Source: the human T2T-CHM13v2.0 reference genome, Homo sapiens
NCBI RefSeq assembly: GCF_009914755.1
Contig: NC_060931.1
Direction: 5' to 3' (one strand)
DNA length: 64,000 bases
Made by a program: the position numbers and the translations under genes. Of the stretch, positions 1-15,431 are shown in pieces. Below the pieces are notes generated by a model. That model did no database searches and was not told the origin of the DNA. It saw only the letters and a list, made by a program, of their open reading frames with translations. Numbering within the stretch: position 1 is the stretch's first letter; the number at the start of each line of letters is the position of its first letter.

Positions 1-2142
1 CATTAATGTGTACAAGTCAATGGCTTTCAGTATATGCACAGATAAGTGGAGCCATCATCACAATGAATTTTGTAGCATTTTCATCACTTCAAAAAGAAAC
101 CCCACCTTCTTTAGCTGTTAACCTCCTATGCGCCCATCCCCTACTCAATCCTAAGCAATCACAAATCTGTTTTCTGTCTCTATAGCTTTTCCTATTCTAT
201 TTTCATGTAAATAGAATCATATAATAGGTGGCCTTTTGTGCCTGGCTTCTTTCAGTTAGCATAATGCTATCAAGGTTCATATATGTATTGGTACTTTATT
301 TCTTTATATAACTGTATAACATTCAATTTCATGGATATAACATTTTGTTTATCCAATAATATTTTTATTGACATCTGAGTTGTGTTCAGCCTTTGGCTAT
401 TTTAAATACTGCTGCTAAAATACTTGTGTATGATTTGTGTTTGAACACCTCTTTCCAATAATCTGGGTGTATGCCTAGGAATAAATTTCTAGGTCATATG
501 ACAATTCTATGTTTAATATATTTAGAAGCCATCAAACTATTTTCCAAAATGGCAAGTTCTAGCCATTGAGTATCTAACTGTGGTTTTGATTGGTAACTGC
601 CTGATGAGTAATGCAATTGAGTATCTTTTTATGGGATTATTGACCGTTTGTGTATCTTCTTGGGAAACATATCTATTCCTATCCTTTATCGGTTTTAAGT
701 TGGGATATTTGTTACTGAGTTAAAACAATTTTTCTATATTCAAGATACATATATATACAGACATATAGATACGTGTTTTTCAAATATCTTCTCACAATTT
801 TTGAGCTGCCTTTTGACTTGCTTGGTTGTCCTTTGAAACACCAATGTCTTTAATTTTCAAGAAATTTTAAATATCTAATTTTTATTTTGTTGCTCATGTT
901 TTTGGTGTTATAGCTATTTCTTTGCTAGATCCAAAATCCTGAAGATTTCCCCATATGCTTTATTCTAGTTTTTGCATGTATGTCTTTAATTCATTTGAGT
1001 TAATATTTTTGTATGCTTTGGGGTAAGGGTTTGAATTTATTATTTTGCAAGTGGTGATCCACATGTACGTTGTGGACCCAAAGTTTGTTCAAAGACTGTC
1101 TCTTCCTCATTGAATTGCACATGGCACCACTGTAAGAATCCACTGACTATAGATACATAGTTTTATATATGGACTGTCAATTCTCTTCCATCAATCTATA
1201 TATTTTTCCTTCATCAGTATCATGTTGTCTTGATTATTGATGATTTACAGTAAGGTTTGGAGCACAGGGGTGTGAATTATCCTAACATGTTTTATTTTTT
1301 CAAGATTATTTTGGCTATTTTGAGTCCCTTACAATTCCATATGTACTTTAGAATCAGCTTGTCAGTTTCTAGACAGAAGTCTGTTGGGATACTTGCAGGG
1401 ATTTCATCAAATCTGTAGTTCAAATTGTAAAGTACTACAATATTAAATCTTCCAATTCATGGCTGTAAGATGTTTGCTAATTATTTAGATCTTCTTTAAA
1501 CAATAATTTTTAATTTTCAGAGTAAAATATTGTATTACATTTTCCAAATTAATTATTACTTCATTTTTTGATGCTATTGTAAATTGAAGTATTTTCTTAA
1601 TTTCATTTTGGGGTTTTCATTGTAGATGTGTGCAACTGATTTTTGTATATTTATCTTGTATGTTGTAATATTGCTGAAATAATTTACTAGTTCTATCATT
1701 CAGTGGATTCCTTAAAATTTCTATATACGAGAATATGTTATTTGCAAATAAAGTTTTATTTCTTCCTGTTCAATAAGGGTGACTCTTATTTCTTTACTTG
1801 CTGATTTGCCCTGCATAAAATCTTTATTACAATGTTGACTAGAAGAGGTCAAAGTATATATCCTATTCTTATCTCTGACCATAACAGGAAAGTATCCTTT
1901 CTTTCACCATTAAGTTGAATGTTTGCTGTTGGCTTTTCACAGGTGCCATGTATCTGGTGTAGAAAGTTCTCTTCTATTCATGGCTCAATGAGTTTTTATT
2001 TTCATTTTTATTTTTAATCATTAAAACATTTGGATTTTGTTAAATGCCTTTGCTGAATCTATTGAGATGATCATGCAAATCTTGTTTCTTATTCTATGGA
2101 TAAGATGTATTACCGTAATGGATTTTGGGCTGTTAAACCAAA
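1..2142 (-). mobile_element. Old L1 (L1MB7/8-like), 3' UTR plus ORF2 fragment
   Basis: Starts with the L1MB-type 3' end on the minus strand (tgtacaagtcaatggctttcagtatat...cattttcatcacttcaaaaagaaaccc), followed by degenerate ORF2 antisense text. Confidence 0.75.
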
Positions 2143-4550
2143 TGCATCCTAACATTTACCCTTACCTACAAGATTTCCAAGATTCATTTATTATCTTTAG
2201 ATGATGTGCATTTAAAGATTTACCAAATAAAACTATAATAGAGGAAAATATCAAGATGTTATTAAATTCATCTTGTGCACATAATTTTGTTTCCCTTAAA
2301 TTTATGTTTCTTGCAAAACTTACAGTAATGCTCATGCACAAAATAATTTTATAAATAAAAAATAAAAACAGTTTCTCAGTCATTAATTCTTAATAATTTC
2401 TCCCCAATAATTAATGTGAATTCTTAACTCTTAATTATAGAATAATGTTCCCCTTCAGAGTTCTGAATCTTTTGCACGTTGTATACATTTTACTAACTAG
2501 AACAACTTCTGAAATATTGGCATTAATTAATGTCACTCAGCAATTATTGATTTCAAAGAAATTAAATACCATTCATATTCTGAATCACAAGGGTACTTTG
2601 GCATCTAATTTAATCAAGATCTTTGTATCATCATCTACACTTTAATTACTTAACAAACATTTCTCTGTGTGAGAAAGATTGAGCAGGTTATTGTGCTTTT
2701 TTCAAGATGCAACTTTTGCTCAATCTAGAGATAGGCAATGCTCCCTATAAGGGAAAAAGAGAAAAATGAATGAGCAATAGAGATGTGACAGGCATGGAAA
2801 AAGACAATACATTTATAAAACAAATAGAGCCACAGATGATGATAATGGGGATCAAATCTTGAGATACTGACACAGTTTATAACCGCACTGTATAATAGAG
2901 CAAATCATTTGTTAATTTTTTTACAAATGGAAACACCTTGATTTAATTAAGATGAATACAGTGTTTTAAACAAGGCAGGTCATCTTAAAATGAAATCGTG
3001 GAATAAAGTGATAAAACCAATGTTAAAATCATAAACATTTTATAAAGAACTTTTTGTCATGTAATTTAATATTTTTATTTAAAATCACCCAAATCAAAAT
3101 AATTATATCTTAATTAACAAATAATCATCAGAAGTTAACTAATTTTTACTTTATAATACTAGGCTTAAAAATTCTTAACTATACCTTTAATCATATATGC
3201 TTATATATAAAATAGACATAGGATATATATTTACATTTTCACAATATTATATTGTAATTGTTCCTATGGATGTGGTTTTTCAATAGAATTAATAAGTACT
3301 TTTAAAAATTTTCAATTTCAATGATATATATGTTTGATTTTTCTTTGACAAAGCATACATATATTGATAGGTAATAATATGAAAATATTCTAAAGACATT
3401 ACAGGAACACGAAAATGTAATTAAGTACTCACTGATTTGTAATGTTTTATGTAACCAGAACACATTTAACTGAAAATTGTTTTTATATAATATTCGAATG
3501 AGACTAAAAACATATTAACTAGTGGAGTAAGTCTTCAAATTGATAATCTGAACTATATAAGAGGAGAAATTTCAGTCACTAAAATATTTGAAATGCTATA
3601 AAATATTTACATAAATTATTATTTAACAATTTCTGTTTGTAGAGTGCTATACAGTAATCAATATAGATGACATCTCAAGTCTTTCTATGGCTTTGACCAC
3701 ATTTACCTCCTAATTTTAATTATTAATATGTTGGAGCAGTGCATACAACTAGATTCCGATCTTCTTTTTTAATGAGTAAAAATATGTCCTTTGAGACAGC
3801 ATTAAAGAAAGAGCACCTTGTATGAATTCAATGCCAAGAGACAAGATACTCTTGATTCTGAAGTCTTGTTCTTTTATACAGCAATGTAATTAATAATAAG
3901 AAAAGCAGGACATAAGTGTGGAGTCTATTTTAATCAAAAATTGTCTATAGATTTTGATGATAAAATTTAAAACTCTACTATATTTAGTTAGTTACAAAAA
4001 ACTAGGTTGTGGGAACATATTTGGTCAATAAAACACCCCTACCAAATGCTGACAAGAAAAAAAGTTAGGTACCACCTTTCTTCTCTGCAGGTGGCCTGAC
4101 ATGGGTTAATTTGAAAGAATGCTTCCACACCTGAGGTGACCCCTGAGAACAGCATAATTCACTACTGTCTCCTACATTCAGTTTCTCAGTTTGTGCTCTT
4201 TTAATTTTGGGGGGAAGGAAACCAGTCCTTTAAACTGATCTTCAGCATGATGGCAGAGCCAAGGAGTGTGGACAGGTGGCACGGTGTCTGACTTTGTTCC
4301 AGCAGCCACTTGGGCTTTCTCCGGGTCTTCTCTGCCCTAGGGATAGCACCACTATTGAAAACATGTCTTTGTGACATTCTCTATGCCAGGAAGCCCCAGT
4401 GCATTTTCCTTGAAACTGATGAAATGAATAAAAATAAACCAAGAGGTGTGCTGTTCGTTTCTGTTTCTTCCTTTCCGCAGCCCTTCTTGATCATCTAATA
4501 TTTTAATTACATTGTCGATCACCAAAAGGAGCATAAGGGGTATACTGATT

Positions 4551-4945
4551 TGTAGCAGATGTATTAATAGCCCAGCCCCTATCCCTTACCTGTAGCTGCT
4601 GGGAAGAAAACCATTCTTAACACTCTACAAGGTCTCATCTCCAGAATTTGCACCTGTTTCTAGCTGAGGACTTTCTCTAGCAGCACGGGAGCTTGTTACT
4701 GGGCATGAAGTGGGAAGAAAAGGTGATGGTAACTAAGAAGATTCTCCCTGGATTCAGTGATGTAATTCTGAGGCATGTTCCACATAGCTTCCCACAGAAT
4801 TAAGTCCAGATATCTAACACAGGAACTTGCCTCTTAACACGTGTGGCATTGGCTTTTCTATCTTTCCTGTTTTGTTTTGTTCTCTCTTCCTTGTCTCACT
4901 TTCACTGTGTCCTCACTCCTGCTTTAAGAATACCCAAATAAATAT
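4551..4945 (+). mobile_element. ERVL solo LTR, LTR16-like
   Basis: TGTAGCAGA start, aattctgaggcatgttccacat, tgtctcacttt...cctcactcctgctt and cccaaataaa match remembered LTR16 motifs. Confidence 0.55.
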
Positions 4946-7900
4946 ATTCATTTATTTTTTTACACTCTCAGAACACAGTTGATAGTTGAACTTGTAATCT
5001 ATGATAATCAGCTTGGATGCTATACTGACAGGAAGATGGTGAACTCACAATGTCTAATTAAGTTAAGATAAAATTTAAAAAATATTGACTCATGTCCAAA
5101 GATTTTAAAAAACCTAACCAGGCAGTGTCATAATTTCTTCTTTTTAGTTTACCAGGTTTCTTAAATGCCTACAATTATTTTAAAGGAAGCCGTGTGTCCA
5201 GGAAAAATTGAGACATATGGAATAAATTACTAACCCATTTCTCCTTGAAATCCATTAGATGCTTAATGATTTTTTACATATATTTCTGAATTGAAAAGCT
5301 ACTTGTGAATTATTTTTATAAGCATATCCTTATGTAATGTTTTGTTTTTAACAGTGAATTGAAGGTTTAAAGATTCTATCCAGAGAATAAAAAGCAATTA
5401 TTTCACAAGGAGAACATGTATATGTTGAGATGACATTTTAAAATCTAGATTTTAAAATAGGTCCCATATATTTTTGAGTCAATTAGAATATGTTTGTATC
5501 AGTCTGTCTACAGTTTTAAACCTGTCAAAATGTACTTGAACTACAAGTACCTTGAACAATTTTGAAATTTATTATTCCTCTGAAACTGATTAAAAGAATT
5601 ATGGTATAGTGAAATTCTGATTGGCATAATTTGGGAGAGGAATTATTCCTTGGAGATCAACCCCTGCCAAGATAGTTTATAATGACATTGAGACTTTTTG
5701 ATTTACAAAATTTGTTATATAAAAAATACTAAGATGATGGCATAATACACAGACTTTAATTAAGATTGTACTAAAATTAAATGTCTAAATAAATTAGAAG
5801 GGTACGTGGTACATCTAATTGTATGTTTATATATTTTATTTCTGCATTTATTCCTAGGGTTGTTTTTGCTTTAGTTTGTAAAACGTTCTTATTTTCACGA
5901 TAATGTATTATATACAAAATAAAGAAAAATCAGGAAATAGAAAATGAAGAAGAAAACACTAGCTATTGTCAACCAAATAAAAATTGTGCAATCTCTAAGC
6001 ACATGAACTATGTATTATTTGTACAACATGTACAATGTTTATGCTTCACAGGGTGAGGTAGGGACTGCAAAACATTTAACCTGGGACAAATAAGAAAGTA
6101 AGGACATTTTCACAATATATTAATATTATAGAAAATGTTGAACTTAACAGTTAAGATAAAAGTAGTGAAAAATGATAGTATTTAAGGAGATCTAGAAAAT
6201 TTAATCTGTATCTCTAGTGTGTGAGAAGCATTAGAATAATGCTTGTATTTCTGGATTGGCATTGATTTCTATTGGGACTGGAAACATAATAGAAGTGAGG
6301 GAAAAAGAATTTAAATTGTGGATATTTGAGTTTTATACCTAGGAGTTCGAGAAATATATTTTGTTACTATCAAAGCAGTTGGCACAAGAGTGTACAGAAT
6401 TCCCTAATTGAGGCTATGTGGAGACATAGACAAACAGAATAGCAAAACAGAAATAGCAAAAAGGCAGAAATAAGTTTTACCTGTATGTAAAAGCCAATTA
6501 GAGTAGGAAAACATGAAATTTGTGTTTTATCAAAATTTTTCTCTTTCTTATAATATAGTTGATTACTGGAAAAAAATTGAAGCATTGGTATGTTAACAAA
6601 AAAAAGTAAAATATAAGGTCAAAACCATGGGAATGCAGGGAGCAGACAAAATATACCTGAACACTGAAACTGATTTTGACCTACGGACATGTACCAAAAT
6701 GAATGAGTGCAGATTCCTCCTGTCATACATCACATAGGACAGTAAAGAAATACATAGTTTTTCCCAAGATAGGGCATCACACAGGAGCTCCTCCCTAAAG
6801 CTAGGACCAAAATTTATATCCTCAGTATAAAGAAGAATCAGAGGTAAATTAGTCCCATTTCACATTCCCTGCAAATGCCAATGAAAATGACTTGAGATTG
6901 GACAGATTTAAAGAAACTCAATCATTAATGATTTACAGCAATTAATTTAAAAAGTGTTTAATTGTGCAGTCCAAACATACGTCCAAACACCTTTAGGCCA
7001 AGAATTAACATAAGGTGGTCCCAGAATGGTGGTGCCTTTAGTAGACTCACAAAAAAATTCAAATTCTCTTTGGCAAATTTTCTTCCAACTAATCCTCAAA
7101 AGTGCACAAAAATAATTTTCAAAGAAAAATAAATATTTGTCATTCAAAGGCATCTAAGTACACAAGGAAATGATATTCCACCATTTGAAAGGGAAGCAGA
7201 AAAAGAGTACAAACAGATCCACAAAGGTTCATTAGTAGAAATATCATTGTTAGATTATAAAGCACATTTGCTTTAAAAAAATTTTAAAAAATGAACATAT
7301 TTTTAGGAGACTAAAAAAATTGATGTAGCAAATTCAAAAAGTAGTTTGTATAAAAATATAGTATTTTAAATTAAAAACTCAAAAATGAACTCATCAGATT
7401 AGACATGGCCATGATGAGAGTTAATAAATATTTCAGAATGCATTACAGATAATTTGAAAAAATGCAAAATGTGGACAGAATCATTAAGAGACATGGAAGA
7501 TGCAGTGAGAAAGTGTAGCATGTGTTTAGTGAGTGTTCTCATAGAAGAAAGGAACTGGGAAGGGACAATATGTGATGGTATTTTGGCTGAAAGTTCTCTA
7601 GACTTTTGTAAGACACTAATCTGCATATTCAAGAATTCAATGCTTGCTAAGCAAGCTACAATGGAGATAAACCTACACCTATGTATATCCTAGAGAAATA
7701 GTAAACAATCAGGAAGGGAAAAATATTTCAATTAGCACTAGAAAAATCAAATTACCTTTAGTCATATTGAAATCTGAAAGAGTGAAAGGTAAAATAAACA
7801 ATATTATTTGTTAAGAATAATAATGCCATTCTGAGATTCTCAACTAAGAAAAATATTCATCAACCTATGGCTAAATAAAATATTTAGAGACAAAAACCAA

Positions 7901-8135
7901 AATGCCACCAGCAGAATTCCACTAAAGAAACTAAAAAGGAACTCTGAAAAGATGCTTCAGAACGGTTGAAGTTCTGAAATCAAAGAATGAACAAAGAGCA
8001 AAATCTATTGTAAACATACAGATAGATCTAAATAATTAGGTGTTGAAACAAAAAGATATTTAAAATTAGATAAGCACTGCAATATGTATATTGGGAAGCA
8101 AATAATTAGTGCTGAAGTATTCAAAAACCCCTTAA

Positions 8136-8571
<436 letters not shown>

Positions 8572-9000
8572 TAAAAACAAGAAGACAGAAACTGATAGGA
8601 GAAAATGAGACATAATATATATATATATATACAACAAATTAAAAAACAAATTAAGTACAAATGATCAAAGATTAACTTAAACATAAGTAGACAATGTTTT
8701 TGTTAAAATAGAAAGATAGGCAAAATTAAAAAAATCCCTCTCTATCGTAGTTACAAGAGAGGCAACTAATATATAAATTTACAGAAACTTTGAAGTTCAA
8801 ACAATACAGATACTGTGTATATATGATATACATACAAATATACTACATGAATATAATTTTTAAAAAAGTTGCTATGTAGACAAAATAGAATGTGAGTTAG
8901 AAACATTTATTAAAATAAGTTAGGCTAACCAGTGTGATAAAAGTTTTAAGTTATTAAGAAGATGTGATGACTTAAATGTGCATTAGCCTGATACATATAT

Positions 9001-9003
<3 letters not shown>

Positions 9004-9039
<36 letters not shown>
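9004..9039. repeat. (CA)n microsatellite
   Basis: About 17 CA units read directly. Confidence 0.95.
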
Positions 9040-9042
<3 letters not shown>

Positions 9043-9665
9043 TTAGAGAGAGAGTCAAATTATATAAAGCAAAAATATCAGAAAGTAAGTAGAAATGGAT
9101 AAGCCCCCAAATCATTACAGACATTTCAAACACACATCTTTCAGTAATAGATAAAAGAAAAAATTAAAAGAGTAAGTTTTAAAAGAAGCTAGTGGATTTT
9201 AAAAAGGGCAAATGTTATATATGGAACACGAATATTATAATTCGTGTTATCTTCATGTTCATACAGAATACTTACAAAAATTAACATTTTCTAGACCATA
9301 GCACAAATTCAAACAATTTTCATGGAAATAACGTGACACAGAATATATTTCCTAAACAAACAGCAATCAAGGTAGATATCAATACAAAAAAGAAAGCGAG
9401 AGACATAAGTCTAATAATATTGGTTGGAAGCTATTTTAATGAATATTGAAATATTTTAAAGGTGAATAGTCAATACAAATGAACCAAACACTTTTGTAAG
9501 GCCACTAAGATGTATGTGTAATGTGTAATGCTTCCTTTTATAAGGAGTAAATCTGTAACATCACCTGGGCTATATGACAACTGCAAAGTGAATGTGAGAA
9601 GGAGAGAAACAGTGAGAGAGAGAGAGATAAAACCATTAAAATAAACATAAAGAATGAAGGAAATA

Positions 9666-10042
<377 letters not shown>

Positions 10043-12193
10043 TTAAAATATTAAATCTAACAAATATCTAGGTAGACTGATGGAGAAAAATACAGAAAAT
10101 GTACAAAAAACCAATTACCTGGAATGCGAAGGATACAAAATGTCAGCAGTTGTAGATTTTAAATAAGGAGTGACTTTGAGTTCAACCATGATGGGGTATA
10201 TTGAAAAGAATGTCTCAGAAAAAAAGAAAAAGAAAACTGTTATAAAGCTACGTACAAAATGTTAAGCACTATTAAAATCTTCCAATTCTACCAGTTATGG
10301 AGTTATTGGTCTTGTACTAACTCTCCTGAAAAGAAAAACAAACAAACAAACAAACAAAAAACAAACCTAAAAGCCTGGATAAAATAGCCTACCGTGGGCA
10401 CTGGCAATGCAACCAAGCAGGTAGGATATGGGTGCTACATTCTCTTTGTCAGAACACGAAGCATTCATACACTCTTCTCACCCTCACTCTCACCTTTTAA
10501 TCTTAGATCTACTATTAAATGTATTCAACATTACTATCAATCCTTTGGTCAAAATTTCTTTACTCACATTTTGCTTGATGCACTTGGATAGACTATTCAA
10601 GAAAGTGTGAGTAGTGAATTCCTCAAACTCTTGCATATTTAAAATTACATTTTTGAACCTTGATGCTTGAAGTGTAGCTTGGGTAACAGGTTGGCTTTAA
10701 GCCAATTTTGGCATGCAAGGGGTTGAATTTATTAAGCATCAGACCTCTGAAAATCGTGGGGATGCAGGATTAATTTCAACACTATTCTAAATACTTGAAA
10801 GATATTACATAATTCTTTAATAAACTCCTGTGTCTACAAATGGTTCAGATTAACTCACTATCCATGATTAAACATCCATAAAATCAAGGCATTGTTATTT
10901 AGTGGAGACTTGCTGGCTATTCTATGAGAGGAGGTATTGTTATTGTAATCTCATCCTCTCTTAAAAGTGTATCATATTACTCATAATCAGCCCTTCATAT
11001 TCTATTCCTATTTTGGTATTTCAACATAAGACATCTTTGAAACACTTGAATTCAAAGAGAGAATCTGAATAGTTTTTAAAATGTCAATGAAATGCCATTT
11101 CTTCATGCTTGAACAACTAGAAATTGACTAAAGTGCTTCTCTTCAAACTTTCTGGAACATTTTTTATCAAAATTCTAAGAACAATCACAATAGGTTTTAA
11201 CTACAAATGTGAGGATATTCTAAATGTCAGGGTGGAAAAATTTTTAAAATAATTTTATAGTAATTTTTTTCATCATAGTGACAGTGTGCTAAATTTTTTA
11301 AGTCAAATATTACTGTAGACATTTAAGTCAAGATTCTAGGAAGTTGTTCTAAAGTCCAAAATTTAGTTTCATATACAATGATATTATATATATATTTGTA
11401 TATAAAATTAATATATGTGACCCATGTTTGAAATAGTTGAGAGATTATTATATCAAAGATTCTTGATTATATAAAAGGCCAATTACTTATAGGCACACAT
11501 GCTTTAAATAATTACAAAGGCAGTTGTGGTTGATTCAACTCTTGCTACTGGCATTTATATGGATATAATATTATGGTCTGAACAATATTTAGGTAAATTT
11601 ATCCCTCATATGATCAGAAGAACAATGCAAGATAGTTTATATCTGAAAGGAAAAAAAATCTTTATATGGTTCTGAAAGTCTAAATCATTAACAACTTGGA
11701 TAATAATTAGAATAAAAATACACAAATATGCCCTCTTCCTAGCAATAAGTACACAGTGACAACAGAATCAAAGCATGTGGCTATGTGCATGTTTATATTT
11801 CAAGACGCAGAGCACTCTATTCCTCTTCTCTGTCCTTTCTAGATGGCACAATTCCTCATGAATCTAAGTGCAGTCATAGGTTGGATTAGGGTGACCTGCC
11901 GTTTGTATGCAACTGATCTCTATTTTGGAAGTAATTAAAGTAAAAATATATTTTTAAAAGATAATTTCAAATTTCAGTGCAAACTAGCATGGTTTCACAC
12001 CTTTTCTTTGTAACATTTTTACTAAGGTTGGAAAAGTAAGGTAGGCTTTAGTACGATTTTTAATAATAAGTTTTCAAAGTGAGATGCAAAATCGTGGCGC
12101 CAACACATTTCAAGTCTGCTACATTTTGAATACACTTACTGGAGAAAAGAGCTTCTCATCATTTTTCTCTTACAGGAAAGGAAATAGCATGTA

Positions 12194-12567
12194 CAGTTGA
12201 CCCTTAAGCAACACGGAGGTTAGGGGTGCTGGCCCCCCTGCACAGCAGAAAATCCACTATAACTTTGACTCCCCCAAAACTTAACTATTAATAGCCTACT
12301 GTAAGCCTTACAAATAACACAAGCAGTCAATTAACACATATTTAATATGTTATATATCTTATATACTGTATTCTTACAAACATGTCAGAGAAAAGAAAAA
12401 GAAAATCATAAGGAAAATGTATTTACTAGTTATTAAATGGAAGTAAATGATCAAAAAGGTCTTCATCCTCATCCTTTCATGGGCAGGGTGTGGAGAAAGA
12501 TGTAGAATTGTTGGTTTTGCTAAGTGGACCTGCACAGTTCAAACCCCTGTTGTGCAACGGCCAACTG
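12194..12567 (+). mobile_element. Tigger2a (MER28) Tc1/mariner-type non-autonomous element
   Basis: TIRs cagttgaccctt...aacggccaactg flanked by TA on both sides; the internal sequence matches the remembered Tigger2a consensus. Confidence 0.85.
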
Positions 12568-15431
12568 TATATCCATTGAACAGCAATTTATTTTTAGAAA
12601 TTAACCTCACTAAAATACTCTTAGAAGGATGCCAAGAAAAAAATGAATAAGTATTTTTGGTTCATCCATGGTGTCAGTAAAAAACAGACCCTACTATAGG
12701 TTTTGGTCATACAGTAAAATTTACATAATACTATGTAGTTAATGCAATTAATAATAATGTGTATTTTTACATGAATCAAAGGAAAGATGCCTATGATATA
12801 TATTAAATGTATATTGAGATTTACTTAAACAGTTTTCTGGTTAAAAATTACAGTATAGTATTTAAATGAATTATAAGAAGTTATGATAATATAAAAATTA
12901 TTGTTATTTTCAGATTCCATTATACACATACAATCAATGTAAATGTATTTGTATTTTTTCATTTTATTGTTTACTTGTATATTCCCACATGAATGTGAAC
13001 TTCTTAAAAATGAAATCTTACTCTTTTTTAATTCAGAGTTTATACCTGCAATATTTTACTGAAAAATATTGCAGTGCTATTTTTAAGTAAATAATAGAGA
13101 TCCTTGTTTTAATTTTAATCATAGTGTATAGCATGTTAATTTCCATGCATTCTACTCTATGATTATCGTATCACAAACTCAAACAAGCCACTACTGCTAG
13201 ACACTCAAAATTATGTAATTTTGTTTTCTGTGAATGACATAAAAATAAAAACCTTGCATATAAATATCTGCAATTATTCACTTATTTGCGTTAGATATAT
13301 TTCTGTAAGTAGAATGTCTGAACAAACATAGTAATATTTTTCTTTCATGATATTATTAGAAAATACATTGACATGGTATTCCTTTTATAATTTATGAAAA
13401 TGTTAAAATGCCCTATACATTTGTTATTCTCCAAATGTTTATGAAAATTTCTACTCCTATCAGCTCTGTATGAGATGGCTCTTGTTCCATGTTTCTACAA
13501 AAACATAATCGTTTGATTTTTTGAATTTTTGAAAAATTTGTGATTGTAAAATAGTGTCATTTACTTAATTTTCATTGAAATTTTTAATGTTCGTGCAGGT
13601 GTCTATTGTGAGATTCCTACGCAATCTGGATATATTTCTGTGAGAGGAATCTCTGAGCTCATACAGTATATCTTATCTTATGGTACTATTGAAAATACAT
13701 TGACATAATATTTCCTTTTAAGATTATGAAGACTGAAACAACCTACACATTATTCTGTGTCTTCACTTCTATGTCTTTCATTATGTTTTGGCTCCATATA
13801 GAAAGGTCTTCATGAAATAATTACATATTGTTTATTTATATGGGTGGTGTTATTTATATGGGTGGTGATATATCACATGCATTCTTATGTGATGTTATTT
13901 CTTTTACTTCTTTTTGTGTAGTTTGGATCATTTGTCTCTTGTTTCTACTTAATATTATGTTTGTGAGATATATTCAGGTTGAAATATGTTACTCAGTCCT
14001 TAATATTTAATTTTAAATATCACTCTATTTTATTAATGTGCTTTTATTGTGTACAATTATTTATAAATGGGCCCATGAGGTCCCAAAGTTTTGGTATTTT
14101 GCTATTTGAACAGTGCATCAATGAATTTTTTTCAAGGATCCTGGTGTATATGTGCAAGGTATGCCGTACCACTGAAGGTACCATCTGCAGACTAAGGAGA
14201 GTCTGAAATGGTGATCAGTCTACAACAGTGTGAATACATAAAGTGAGAGTAATCATTTAGAAAAGCTTGTAGCAACCTATTAGAATGATTTTATGACTTT
14301 TGGCTATTTAGTGATATATTTTTAATTTTCAGTATCAAGGAATTCTTTTCATTGCATTTTATAAAAGTATTTTCTCCTGAAAGACTGGAAAATAAATAGT
14401 CCTTCACTAAAGTTAATTTAAGAATCACTGCTTAAATTTATATATCCAGGAGTAGCATTGTTATATTACAAGATATGTCTATTTAAAATTTATTTTATGG
14501 CGAGAACGTGTTTCCAATGGTGCATACAAATTAGTACTTTTACCAGCTCTTTTTAAGTGGGTTTTTCTTCCACTTTTCGTAAAAACAAAATAGTGTCATT
14601 TTTAAAATGTTTAAATAATTTAGGATGGTGAAGTCCTGTCATTCTTTCATTTTTCCTGGCACTTTACTATGTTTGTTTGCTCAGTTTTCTATTGTGAGAT
14701 TCCTACTTATGTTTTTCACTGTGTATCTATTGGCTTGCTTGCAGAGTTAAATTTATCAATGCTTCTAATTAAAACAAATTATCCTATAATATAGTTGTAA
14801 CCGTTATACTCTGACCAAGAGTGCCTGGCTCCCCATATCAGAACCCAAACTAATTGTGGTCAGATGTATGTTTTATTTTAAACATTTAAAAAAATTATAG
14901 GCAGTAAAATATAATGTAATGCAATAAAATACGTATATAATTATTTATTTATTTATTTATTTATTTGTAGTGAACATCTTTTAAAAACTTTTTTATTCTC
15001 ATATATCTTCTAGTATAAATTTCTGATTTATGACTGTTACTCAAGTTAAAACTTTTAATTTCTTTTCCTAATTTATTAATAAAATAATAAAATTTTTCTC
15101 ACATATTATTAACCATTGTTTTTACTATGTAATGCGTATTCTACGAGCTAGTCATTTACCTTTTTACATTATTTAGAATAAACACTAGTATAATATTAGA
15201 AATTTTACAATCTATGACTATACAGTTTTAAAAAATTTTTTCAAACTTAGTCTTTTCAACCTCTAGGATTATAAAATATGGTAAATATAATACTTGCAAA
15301 TTTGTGATTTTACTTCTATATTCAATCTTTAATAAATTTGATACTCCTCTGAATTGTAGCTCTCAATTGTTTCAAATGAATGTTGTATCCCAGTTGTTCT
15401 TATAATTTTTAAGCCATTAAAGCACAAATGA

